A stretch of 64,000 bases of DNA, taken from the NCBI GenBank assembly GCA_965216875.1, contig OZ244207.1, forward strand, positions 6,080,001 to 6,144,000. Reading direction: 5' to 3'. The notes below the pieces were generated by a model, which was not told the DNA's origin, made no database searches, and saw nothing but the letters and a program-made list of their open reading frames with translations. The translations under genes and the position numbers were made by a program. This document shows positions 31,088-40,594 of this stretch, in pieces (position 1 is the first letter of the stretch; each line of letters begins with the position of its first letter). The DNA comes from Rubripirellula sp. (lineage in GTDB: Bacteria; Planctomycetota; Planctomycetia; Pirellulales; Pirellulaceae).

Positions 31088-32176
31088 TCACGCCGAGCGG
31101 CGCAAGCCATTCGCAGCAGGTTGCTTGCGTTCTTGAAACGGCACAGTAGCAGGCGAAGGTTGCTCTTCGCTTTGCGAGTCCTCAATAGTGACGACCGTTT
31201 GCTTCGAATCAAGTGATTGCTGACGACGCTCTGACCAACGCTGTTCGTCGTGGTACACCTTCACGACCCGGTGCGTCACGTCGACTTCCGCAGGCAGGTT
31301 GTCGACCAAGTCACCCGTCCCGCGAAACTCCTCAAGAAGAGCGATCGCGTCCGCACGTTCAAGTCGCGATTCCATCCAGGTTTTCCAGAACTGTAGCGGA
31401 ACGTCAACGGTCGCAAGTGCGGTTGGAAGGGACAGGAACTTTCGTGGCAAACGTTTCTTGCGCGTTGCTTCGGCGTCATACGCAGCTCTTTCAAAGATGC
31501 GTGCCAGTCCGGTGATCGCTAACCCAAACAGCTCCGAGAGTTCTTCGATCGAGTCGTTCGTCAATCCATCGCGCGGATCGTTGACCGCTTTCCCAAGATC
31601 ATAATCGTTGAGTAGAAATCGACGCTTGCGATGAGCGAATCGGGCAGCGTGCAACATTGCCTCGCCAAGCCAACCCTGACCGCCGGAGAGCTGAAAGACC
31701 ACGCGCAATTCGTTGGCGGCCCAATTTTGGTAAATGCGGCGATAGTTCTCTCGCACGCTGCATTCGAACGGACCATGTAAGACTCGCTCGGTCGGTCCGA
31801 TTTCGGTATGCAACGGTTGCAGGACATCCGTGAAGTAGTGACTCAACACACCGGCTGCGTGAGCGGCATCGCCGTAGCGATTTGTCCTGAGGTACTTTTG
31901 CAAACGGTCGTACCAAGCGTGCGCAACGCGCGGTGCGCCACCCCAATAACCCTCGGTGACATGAATCACGTGGTTTTGGAAATCTCGAAAACGCACATCG
32001 GGATCGATCGCGCCTGCCAAATACCGGTCATGGTGCCGCAACAAAATGCGGGCCAAGCGTTTCCCAGCGTCGGTCTGCACCAACGGAATCGCGTCGACGG
32101 CAAAGAACTGATGCGTGCTGAAGCAATGCGAATTGCGTAAGACTTTGACCAATGGCCACAACATGAACACGTTCAC
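31088..32176 (-). CDS. Zn-dependent phospholipase C / S1-P1 nuclease-fold protein
   Basis: STHQ, GAIDPD, NHVIH, LSHYFTDVLQPLHT and HGPFE, which resemble metal-ligand motifs. Confidence 0.6.
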   Translation of the reverse strand: MNVFMLWPLVKVLRNSHCFSTHQFFAVDAIPLVQTDAGKRLARILLRHHDRYLAGAIDPDVRFRDFQNHVIHVTEGYWGGAPRVAHAWYDRLQKYLRTNRYGDAAHAAGVLSHYFTDVLQPLHTEIGPTERVLHGPFECSVRENYRRIYQNWAANELRVVFQLSGGQGWLGEAMLHAARFAHRKRRFLLNDYDLGKAVNDPRDGLTNDSIEELSELFGLAITGLARIFERAAYDAEATRKKRLPRKFLSLPTALATVDVPLQFWKTWMESRLERADAIALLEEFRGTGDLVDNLPAEVDVTHRVVKVYHDEQRWSERRQQSLDSKQTVVTIEDSQSEEQPSPATVPFQERKQPAANGLRRSA

Positions 32177-32182
32177 CTCAAA

Positions 32183-32485
32183 TCAAGCCGCGTATCGAAT
32201 GCGCGACAACTCTTCGTGAACATCCACCTCGTAGGCGGCGGCTTGTCGGGCCAATCGGTTACGCATCATCGCTTCGCCACCCACAAGGGTCCGTGCACAT
32301 TCCATCCGATCTGCGAACTGATCAATCGAAAGCGGACGAAAAGCAAAGTGGTCTGATGGAGCACCTGATTGCCCGAACATCGTTCGCTCGCGCCACCGAT
32401 GGTCGGCGACCGCGATCGCCAAGTACACGGCGTAAAGCTCGCGTGTGTTCAGATCCGACAGATCATGAAGTGAATCGATTGCCAT
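32183..32485 (-). CDS. Hypothetical protein
   Basis: 100-aa ORF with AAGGA SD, ending 6 nt before the next gene. Confidence 0.65.
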   Translation of the reverse strand: MAIDSLHDLSDLNTRELYAVYLAIAVADHRWRERTMFGQSGAPSDHFAFRPLSIDQFADRMECARTLVGGEAMMRNRLARQAAAYEVDVHEELSRIRYAA

Positions 32486-32665
32486 TGGACGCTTCCTTGC
32501 GTAGGCGACTTGTCAAACGAACGTGCAAGACTGCGCGAGACAACTTTCACAGCCAAAGCGACGATCGAGGTTATGCACCAAGTTCGACTGCGAAGACAAC
32601 CTCAATCGACGGAGAACTGACGCGCATTCCGCTCATTCCACGGCGGACGTCAACATAAAACTTTC

Positions 32666-33379
32666 TTAACGTGGTTTGGCTCGCACAATATCGCGAGTCT
32701 CTTCGGCTAGCCGAAACACTTCCTCGGGTCGCGGATCGGGTGCAACACGCGTGAAATAGTCTTCGTCGATCCCTAGAAGGCGACGGCGATGCCGTGAAAC
32801 ACCTGGGTCGGCATCCAAAAAGCCTTCAGCCATCTCGAAATCTCGATCCCAAAGAATGGCGTCGGTCAAATTGTGGATCAGCTTTTCCCACCGGGTGATG
32901 TCGATCGACGTTTCGTGAGGGACATCTGCGGCATCGTCAACCTGTTCTTGTTCGCTGTCAAACTCGCGGAGACGTCGCGTTTGAAACACCTCCTCGTAAG
33001 CAGCGAGCACAAGTCCGCGCCAAGTACGTTGTTGCTCGTCACTTGCGTCGGCCGGAAACAGATCGATTTCGATCGCGACTTGATCACGAATCTCGACGTA
33101 GACGGCTGCAACCGTCGCCTCAACCATTGCTGAAAGCGGCATTGCCGATTCGGTCTGGGTTAACAGATGCTCGGCAACATCATGCAGAAGCCCGACTTGC
33201 TGTGTTGCGGACAGCAAATCGTATACAGCGATTCCCGATTGGCAGTCAGCTGCCATCGGATCTTCAAATGCATCATCAATGTGAACGAGCAGCGCATCGA
33301 TCATCGTCTCGATCGCTGTTCCCACGAGCACAGCTTCTGCGCCACGTAGTGTTCGGTCACCTCGACTGGTATGCCACAT
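32666..33379 (-). CDS. Acidic hypothetical protein
   Basis: 237-aa ORF with GGAG SD; ILWDRDFE and LGIDEDYF motifs. Confidence 0.7.
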   Translation of the reverse strand: MWHTSRGDRTLRGAEAVLVGTAIETMIDALLVHIDDAFEDPMAADCQSGIAVYDLLSATQQVGLLHDVAEHLLTQTESAMPLSAMVEATVAAVYVEIRDQVAIEIDLFPADASDEQQRTWRGLVLAAYEEVFQTRRLREFDSEQEQVDDAADVPHETSIDITRWEKLIHNLTDAILWDRDFEMAEGFLDADPGVSRHRRRLLGIDEDYFTRVAPDPRPEEVFRLAEETRDIVRAKPR

Positions 33380-33711
33380 CCGTAATAGCTCCCCCCGGTC
33401 CTATATGCTCGCACACTCAAGAAAAGACGCTAAAGCGTGCGAGGAAACAATGCTGCTTCTCGGATAAGTCGCCGACATGATAGTCGCTTCACATGCCAAC
33501 GTGAGTGGTTGCGGAACCTTTTTTTTTGAGCGCGCAAAACGGCTCGCAAAATCAAGTTCTTACTCACCTTTTTGTGAAGGTTTTTGGCGGATTGCGCGAT
33601 TCAACAGATTTTGGATGTCACGGTTCAAACTCGCCGCAAAAGACTCCACAGCGGCGGGGTTGTAATGACATCTCGTCCGCTCAGCGAACGGGCATGGGTG
33701 ACAGATGCGCA

Positions 33712-34758
33712 CTAGCCCGCTTGGTTGATCGATTCGTCCGTATCGCCTCGTCGCACAGGGCGCACTCGTGGGCGCTGACGAACCGAATCGTCCGCGAGAT
33801 CAACTCGGTCAAGATGAATGTCAAGCTGCGGGAAGGGAATTCCAATCTTGGCCGCATCGAGTTGACGCTTCACTTCAGCGGTCAAGTTTTCAAGCATCGA
33901 CCAGTAGTCGGCAGCGTCGACCCAGATTCGCACTTTCCATTCGACCGCGCTATCACCAAGATTGCTCAAGACGACAGCTGATCCGCGTCCTTCACCCTGA
34001 ATGGTTTGATCAGCAAACGTTTCAGCCGCCGTCTCAAGAACTTTGCGAGTGTCAGTGATGTCGGCGGAGTAGTCGACGCCAACGACCACTTCAATGCGCC
34101 GATGAGGGTGGTAGCTAATGTTCTCGATGGTGCCGCCGGAAATCGCACTGTTTGGCACGATGATGCGACGATTGTCGGGCGTGTCAAAGGTGGTTGTGAA
34201 CAAATCGATTTCGTTGATCTTGCCCGTGACCCCCGCGGCGCTCACGACATCGCCCACTTTGAACGGACGAAAGACCAACATCAACACGCCAGCAGCAAAG
34301 TTGCTAAGCGTTCCTTGGAACGCAAGGCCGACAGCGAAACCCGCTGCTGCCAACATTGCGGCGAGACCGCCAAGGGGTGCGCCCAGTTTCGAGAGAACAG
34401 CGGCGATCACTCCAAAGGTAACGCCATAAAAGATCATTTTCTCGACGAACTTGCCAAGCGTTTCGTCAACACGTCGGCGCACCGGCTTGCTAATCACCCG
34501 CGACAAATACTTGCCGACGAGGTAGCCGATAAAGACCACGGCCAAGCCACCTGCAGCGTAAACAACTGCCGGTCCAAGATGCTTGGATGCATATTCGGAA
34601 AGGAAATCGTAGTTTCCCCGTGACACCTCGCTAATCGCCGTCTGAGTTGCCTGCCCTAGGCCTACGGTTGGTGGAACATCGGCGACGGTAGTGATCGTCT
34701 CGACGGCATCTTGAGTTCCAGGAGTCGTCGGATTGATTTCGTTGGCCACAACAGGCAT
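33712..34758 (-). CDS. mscS: Small-conductance mechanosensitive channel
   Basis: GFAVGLAFQGTLSNFAAG, RPFKVGD, TPDNRRIIVPNS, IPFPQ. Confidence 0.93.
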   Translation of the reverse strand: MPVVANEINPTTPGTQDAVETITTVADVPPTVGLGQATQTAISEVSRGNYDFLSEYASKHLGPAVVYAAGGLAVVFIGYLVGKYLSRVISKPVRRRVDETLGKFVEKMIFYGVTFGVIAAVLSKLGAPLGGLAAMLAAAGFAVGLAFQGTLSNFAAGVLMLVFRPFKVGDVVSAAGVTGKINEIDLFTTTFDTPDNRRIIVPNSAISGGTIENISYHPHRRIEVVVGVDYSADITDTRKVLETAAETFADQTIQGEGRGSAVVLSNLGDSAVEWKVRIWVDAADYWSMLENLTAEVKRQLDAAKIGIPFPQLDIHLDRVDLADDSVRQRPRVRPVRRGDTDESINQAG

Positions 34759-34883
34759 CCCTTGGCGAAGTACGGAAGTTCACCAAAGGCGTATAGAGAA
34801 ACTGGCCATCCAAGTAAAGAGAATCCGGGGCCAGTGAGGTCGAGACCGCGGAACGGGTAAAAACAGGCTAGGAAGCAACGGGC

Positions 34884-36155
34884 TCAATTCACGATGGGCA
34901 GCTGACTCTCGTTGTTGCTGTCAATTGCATCGGGATCGCGATAGCTTCCGGTGTTGAAGTGTTTTGAGTAGGTTCCGAAATCGTTGAAGGCGTACTTCTT
35001 CGCCCAACGATAGACGAGACTTCGTTCCGGGATTTCGTCGCCTGGTTGGTATTGGCTCCGTCGCGGCTCCACATGTTTGAGTTCTTCGATCACATGACTT
35101 CTCGCGGTCGTATCGCGGGCACCGTGTTTTTCGGCCAGTTCAACCAGAATGTCGGGTCTTTCCATGATGACGCAGCCGCGCGTGTTCTCGGCGGTGAGCT
35201 CACGGAACTCGCGAAGGAACTCGGAGTTGTTAAAGGTCTCCGCAAGCGGTCGATCGTCGTGGATCGAATCGGTCGCGAGTTGGATGACCGGGCAAGGCTC
35301 GATGTCGCCCCACGGTCCGACATGGTGAGTGAAGCCGGTAGCGGCAGGACAGAGTGCGTTGCCAGCGTCGTCGTGGTAGGCATCGATGACGATGATTGGC
35401 TTTGTTGCGCGTGTGTCGACAACGAATTGTCGAACGCGTCGCTGCTGTTCGCTGGTCAGCGCCAATTGCGGGTTGGGTTCGGGCCCAACGGGACGATAGA
35501 TGTGATACCAACAATACATCACGCCCATTTCGATCAAACGGTCGACCCATTTATTGGTGACAAGGTCGTCAATGTTGGTTTTGCAAACGCTGGTGCAGAC
35601 GCCGACGAGCAATTTGTTCTTGATTGCGTTCTCGATACCCTGCATCGTTTGGTTCAACACGCCGTCTCGACCACGACGGGTATCGCTGATGATTTCGGTA
35701 CCTTCGACACTGATGAGCGGAGTGACATTGCCAAGGCGACGAAGTTCCTTGGCGACTTCGTCGGTGATGAAGTGCCCGTTGGTGAAGACTTGAAAATAGA
35801 CGTCGCGATTGGCTTCGAAGATTTTCAGCAGATCGCGGTGCATGAAGGGTTCGCCACCGAGGATCCCAAAGAAGCTATTCCCCATCGCTTTGGCTTGGGC
35901 GATGGTTTTGTTCGCTGCTTCCAGTTCGATGCGGTGTTGTTTCGAACCAACGTCGACCCAACATCCCTGGCATCGCAGATTGCAGCTATTGATGACCGAA
36001 AGGTAGAGGAACGGCGGGAAGAACTCGCCCTTCTTGAGCCGTCGTTTGTGTTTGTGAACGCTCAGAAGGCCGCGAACGCCGAGCGTCCAGCCAGCTTTCA
36101 AGAGGAGGCGTTTATCGGTTTCGACTAAGAATCGGCGAGCCAGGCGGAGATACAT
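34884..36155 (-). CDS. Radical SAM/SPASM protein
   Basis: CNLRCQGC, GGEPF, FTNG; SPASM-like CPAA...GDIEPC. Confidence 0.9.
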   Translation of the reverse strand: MYLRLARRFLVETDKRLLLKAGWTLGVRGLLSVHKHKRRLKKGEFFPPFLYLSVINSCNLRCQGCWVDVGSKQHRIELEAANKTIAQAKAMGNSFFGILGGEPFMHRDLLKIFEANRDVYFQVFTNGHFITDEVAKELRRLGNVTPLISVEGTEIISDTRRGRDGVLNQTMQGIENAIKNKLLVGVCTSVCKTNIDDLVTNKWVDRLIEMGVMYCWYHIYRPVGPEPNPQLALTSEQQRRVRQFVVDTRATKPIIVIDAYHDDAGNALCPAATGFTHHVGPWGDIEPCPVIQLATDSIHDDRPLAETFNNSEFLREFRELTAENTRGCVIMERPDILVELAEKHGARDTTARSHVIEELKHVEPRRSQYQPGDEIPERSLVYRWAKKYAFNDFGTYSKHFNTGSYRDPDAIDSNNESQLPIVN

Positions 36156-36230
36156 CGAGCTGAACTTTCTCTGAATTGTGAACCTTCACTATTATGTCAA
36201 CAAACGCCCCCCAAAACAGGCCCGCGCGAA

Positions 36231-36601
36231 GGGACAGGCATATGCCAGCGGGTCGTTTCCGGGGACATGTCTCCGGGGACAGGCATTTTGTAGGCCTCCT
36301 CACCAAATTGGATTCTCCTCGGGGGACAGGCACACGCTGGCGTTGCTGACCGCGGATCGCGCCTCGGGGACAGGCATCAGTTGGAGGCGTAGGGGACAGG
36401 CACTGGTCAACGGCTCGTCGGGGAGAGCAAATCGGAATTCGCCCCCGCGACGATCATCTGTTAGACACCCCACCCGCGCCCAAGACGGGGACAGGCAACT
36501 CGCTTATGCCTGTCCCCCGTCATTACAGCAGCAAGTCAATCGGGCCGTCCTCTTGGACAGACATCTCAGGCCATGACACCACGAAACTCTTGCCTGTCCC
36601 C
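36231..36601. repeat. GGGGACAGGCA motif cluster 1
   Basis: Forward copies at 36231, 36275, 36322, 36366, 36392, 36487; reverse copies at 36507, 36591. Copies 36487/36507 form a hairpin with a 9-nt loop. Confidence 0.9.
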
Positions 36602-36717
36602 CGAATGCGCGACCGAGTCCACACGCACGTGAATGTTAAACGAGGCAAGATCAGACGCACGAATTCGACGGCTACCGGACTTTTCGCTCCTGGTGATTGC
36701 TTTGCCTGCATAAACAC

Positions 36718-36732
36718 TGGTAGCATTCTTGC
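36718..36732 (+). promoter_or_regulatory. Putative sigma54 promoter
   Basis: TGGTAGCATTCTTGC: exact GG-N10-GC spacing, close to the TGGCAC-N5-TTGC consensus. Confidence 0.55.
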
Positions 36733-36742
36733 GGTCGTGGTG

Positions 36743-36875
36743 GTCGACGGTTTGATACAAACCGTTGATCACGGTAGGAAGCCGGATAGGAGGCACACAC
36801 GACCCTCGAGTGCGGACAACTCGATTTGGAGACAGCCTGGTGAGCATCTCGCTTCACCGGGCTGTCGTTTTTTTT
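36743..36875 (+). ncRNA. Candidate GGA-rich small RNA (Csr/Rsm-type)
   Basis: Lies between the sigma54-like promoter and a strong terminator; 5' hairpin; five GGA motifs; no convincing ORF. Confidence 0.5.
36831..36875 (+). terminator. Rho-independent terminator
   Basis: GACAGCCTGGTGA...TCACCGGGCTGTC stem followed by G and T8. Confidence 0.85.
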
Positions 36876-36926
36876 GCATCGTCCTGACTCTCGCGACTCT
36901 ACTCTGTTTGTCTCACCGAAGTGCTC

Positions 36927-37697
36927 TCAACCCGACACCGATGTCCAGAGAAGCTTGGCACCCGTCGCGACCATGACGACGATCAAGAAGGTAAACACAA
37001 ATCGATTTCCCTTCTTGATCACCAACTTGGCTCCGATGACCCCACCAACAACGTTGCCAGCCGCCATCGTCAAGCCAACGCGATAGTCAACGAGGCCGGA
37101 CATCGCATAAATGGCTGCGGCCGACAAAGTGACGATGCCACCAACAAGATTCTTGATTGCGTTGGAACGAACAAGGTCGCCACAGTGAATTCCCAATAGG
37201 TGCATCGCCAACAGGAGCAAGACGCCAAGTCCAGCCTGTATAAAACCAACGTAGATCCCGATAAACAAAAAGACGACAGAGGCCCATCTATTTGGCGTCT
37301 CCTCTGAACTCGTATGCCGCCGCACGATTTGGCTGGGATTCGCAATGAGCAGACATGCCATACACAAGAACAGGAGGCCGAACGCACCCTCAAACGCTTT
37401 GCCCGGAAGGTAGATCGCAAGCATCGCACCCAATGGAACACCAGCAAGCGTCGGAAGAAGCAGCCGCCGTGTGTTTTCTCGATCAAGAAGCCCTTGCCGT
37501 GAAAACGTTACCGTCGCAGAAACACTGGACAGTGCTACGGCAATTCGGTTGGTGCCATTGGCGAGTTTCGGATCGAGCCCAAACAACATCAAAGCGGGAA
37601 GCGTTAAGAAAGACCCGCCTCCTGCGATTGTGTTGACGATGCCAGCAACGAAACCTGCCACAACCAACACGAAATACCAACCCAGCTCCCCCAACAC
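36927..37697 (-). CDS. TSUP/TauE-SafE sulfite exporter family transporter
   Basis: AGIVNTIAGGGSFLTLPAL, ANGTN, GIYVGFIQAGLG; multiple TM helices. Confidence 0.88.
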   Translation of the reverse strand: MLGELGWYFVLVVAGFVAGIVNTIAGGGSFLTLPALMLFGLDPKLANGTNRIAVALSSVSATVTFSRQGLLDRENTRRLLLPTLAGVPLGAMLAIYLPGKAFEGAFGLLFLCMACLLIANPSQIVRRHTSSEETPNRWASVVFLFIGIYVGFIQAGLGVLLLLAMHLLGIHCGDLVRSNAIKNLVGGIVTLSAAAIYAMSGLVDYRVGLTMAAGNVVGGVIGAKLVIKKGNRFVFTFLIVVMVATGAKLLWTSVSG

Positions 37698-37865
37698 AGA
37701 CCTTTCAAAACCGCAGGCTTGTCGAACACACACCACCGCCTATTGAGACATCAATCGCGGTGAGAAGTTCGGAGCAGATTACTCTCGGAACTGATTGGAC
37801 GATAGCCGGCCGAGACTAACGCCGAAAACGACAGAACGTAATGCTGATGGGGAAGATGGCTAATC

Positions 37866-38939
37866 TCATGCCACTGCTCGGAGCGGATTCCCATCAGCAC
37901 GCAGCCATTTCTGGCCGCGCCGCACAGCTTCTTTGGACAAGCTTTCCTTCGTGCCTGCAGCTCGTCGAAAAATCCTTCCGAAGCCGTTTATTAGGCGGCA
38001 CCAAGTTCGATCATCGATCCCAATTCGTTTAAGTATCGGCGCAAGGCACGATGGAATCACGCCATCGTACTTGGCATGAAGTTGTCGCCCCGTCCAATCC
38101 AAGAGCTGAATATATTGAGTTAACCCGATATACAAGAAACCACGTTCGCTCGCGCGCCTTGGAGACACAGTCTTGCTTGTGGTTCCGTTATGGTCTGCAG
38201 CCTCATTCAGTTGAATCGGACTCATCCAGCCGCTGTGTTTTCGTTCGACGTCCCTTTCCCAATCGTGGGTATCCCTCGGCACTGCCGCGTCGCTGACCAA
38301 GTCATCGATGCGATCCTTAGCACCTGTGAACTTGCTTGTTTCCGGTGTTTCTGCCAACGAAGCTCGGACGGGATTCAGATCAACATAAACAGCACAAGCG
38401 AGCAGACTACTTTCGTCTAACAAGGGCTGGGCATGATAGCGGCCTTCCCAGAAATGGCCTGTGACCTCGTCCTCGCTGTTGGCCAGGCGAGCAATATGCT
38501 CGCTGAAATACCGCATCCACCAACTCATGTCGCTCAACCGACTGCGAATCACAGCCGTGCGTTGCTCGTTGTTGGCAATCATGTCGGTTTCTGGCTGAGA
38601 AATCTCACCAGAAGAAGCGTCGTCACTGCGTTTCTTCGGGCCAAGTCTCAGCCATCGAACCGCCACTTCTTCATCAGACCAAGACTGCACGACGTCGGGA
38701 CGGCTTCTCAGAATCATATGGGTATGGTTGTGCATGACCGAATAGGTCAAACACTCAATCCCAAATATTGAAGCCAAGAACTCCAATCGCCGCTTGATCC
38801 ATTCACGGCGATGTTCGAAGCTCTTTCCGGACACGGCATCGTTGCCGCAAAGAAAGGCACGTCGAACACAACGTTGTGTGCAATGAACAATCTCAACCTG
38901 CGAGGGATCAATGATCTCTCGCCGCGCTTGCCGAGGCAT
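37866..38939 (-). mobile_element. HUH/Y1 tyrosine transposase (IS200-superfamily, RAYT-like long form)
   Basis: HCTQRCVRRAFLCG, HUH motif MHNHTHMIL, GHFWEGRY, catalytic-Tyr motif YVDLNPVRA; intact 357 aa. Confidence 0.88.
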
Positions 38940-38984
38940 ATCTGCCCTCCCCCGACGAATTGTTGACTCACCCGATCGGTCCCG

Positions 38985-39013
38985 ATTATTGCGAGAAAGT
39001 GAACACTTGTCAA
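38985..39013 (-). promoter_or_regulatory. Putative sigma70 promoter of the transposase
   Basis: TTGACA-N17-AATAAT, with the -10 element ~45 nt upstream of the ATG. Confidence 0.55.
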
Positions 39014-39043
39014 CCTATTAGATTTGAGTAGTGAAGTAGCTTC

Positions 39044-39163
39044 GGGGACAGGCATTTGCTTGGTGCCTGTCCCGTATTTCCCTGTGTGCCTGTCCCCTGT
39101 GTCCCTTTTGGTATTGTGCCAATCCCCTGAACCTGGCCCGCGTAAAAAGACATACCTGTCCCC
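39044..39163. repeat. GGGGACAGGCA motif cluster 2
   Basis: Hairpin 39044/39064 (9-nt loop); reverse copy at 39087; degenerate copies at 39117 and 39153. Confidence 0.9.
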
Positions 39164-39306
39164 ACCGTGCCAATCCAGATGCTCATCCGCAGCTAACGCT
39201 GCTCCCGTGTGAGTCTCTTCACTTCAAGCGATGAGCGTGAATGTTTCTGATAGAGTGTTTCCCGCGCTTTCGAATTTCAACTTTCCACAATCTTTGGCCT
39301 CGTCGA

Positions 39307-40554
39307 ATGATTCGCCGATTTCTAACTTGTCTCACGGCTCTCGTTTTCACGTCACTCCCTGGAGCTGCCGACGATGATTGGCGAGTTTGGCGCGGCCCCA
39401 ATGCCAACGGCGTCGCGAACAGCGATCAACGTCCTCCGACTCAATGGAGCAAAACCTCCAACATCGTGTGGAAATCGCCAGTCCCTGGTCGTGGACACTC
39501 TTCGCCAATAGTCGTTGGTAATCGAATCTTCTTGACAACAGCGGACGAGTCGAACCAAGTTCAATCTGTCCTTTGCTACGACCGCACGACTGGCCAGCAG
39601 GTGTGGAAAGTCGATGCCAACCGCGGTGGATTCAGTCCGAAAATCCACAACAAGAATACACATGCTAGTCCGACGATTGCGTCCGATGGCGAACGTGTGT
39701 TTGCTGTCTTCAATAACAATCAAGCAGCCCAACTCACCGCGTTGACTGTCGAGGGCGATCAACTTTGGCAGAAAAACGCGGGCGGATTCGTACCCCGTGC
39801 TTATCAGTTCGGCTACGCCCCCTCACCACTCCTCTTTGATGACACCGTGATCGTCGCATCCGAGTTTGAATCGGCTGGTTTCCTCGCAGCGTTCGACGTT
39901 GAATCAGGAAACGAGGTCTGGCGACGACGACGTCCTCCTACGATTAGCTATTCATCACCGATCGTCGGCGATGTCGCTGGCCGCCAGCAACTGCTCATCA
40001 GCGGATGCAAACAAGTCGCCGCCTTTGACCCAAGTACCGGCACACCACTCTGGTCCACCCCAGGGATTTGGACGGTCACATGTGCGACCGTCGTTTGGAA
40101 TGATGACATGGTGTTTGCAAGTGGAGGCTATCCAGACAAGGGCACGATGGCCGTTCGGGCAGATGGCTCAGGCGAAGTCGTTTGGCAAAACCGAGTGAAG
40201 TGCTACGAGCAATCCATGCTTGTTCACAACGGCTTTCTCTATGGGGTCGATGACGGCGGTGTCGCTTATTGCTGGCGCTGCAATGATGGCAAAGAAATGT
40301 GGAAACGGCGGCTTGGTGGAAACGTTAGCTCGTCACCCATCTTGGCTCGGGGCAATATCTATCTTGCAAATGAAGGTGGTACGACCTTCGTTTTCCGAGC
40401 CGATCCCGATCGTTTCGAACCGGTCGCCAAGAACCAACTCGGAACTGAAACTTTTGCAACGCCCGCTTTTTGTGGAAACCAGATTTTCACCCGCGTCGCA
40501 ACTCGAGACTCCGGTAAGCGACAAGAGTTCCTCGTCTGTATCGGAAACGAATAG
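39307..40554 (+). CDS. Secreted PQQ-like beta-propeller (BamB-like) protein
   Basis: DWRVWRGPNANG, WKSPVPGRGHSSPIV, repeated SP and GxxxW blades. Confidence 0.88.
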   Translation: MIRRFLTCLTALVFTSLPGAADDDWRVWRGPNANGVANSDQRPPTQWSKTSNIVWKSPVPGRGHSSPIVVGNRIFLTTADESNQVQSVLCYDRTTGQQVWKVDANRGGFSPKIHNKNTHASPTIASDGERVFAVFNNNQAAQLTALTVEGDQLWQKNAGGFVPRAYQFGYAPSPLLFDDTVIVASEFESAGFLAAFDVESGNEVWRRRRPPTISYSSPIVGDVAGRQQLLISGCKQVAAFDPSTGTPLWSTPGIWTVTCATVVWNDDMVFASGGYPDKGTMAVRADGSGEVVWQNRVKCYEQSMLVHNGFLYGVDDGGVAYCWRCNDGKEMWKRRLGGNVSSSPILARGNIYLANEGGTTFVFRADPDRFEPVAKNQLGTETFATPAFCGNQIFTRVATRDSGKRQEFLVCIGNE

Positions 40555-40594
40555 CCTCCCTTTCCAACACTCGCCGTTCGTTGCTCGCTCTGCA

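Noticed and set aside
33595..33624. Third copy of the ECF promoter (CGTGACA on the minus strand)
   Set aside because: No TCTTT element 17 nt downstream.
36231..36601. Canonical CRISPR array
   Set aside because: The repeat is only 11 bp, spacers are irregular (15-84 nt), orientation flips within the cluster, and there are no cas genes in the window.
36178..36976. ORFs 36178..36576 and 36506..36976 as real genes
   Set aside because: They run through the repeat cluster and terminator and show no protein-like motifs.
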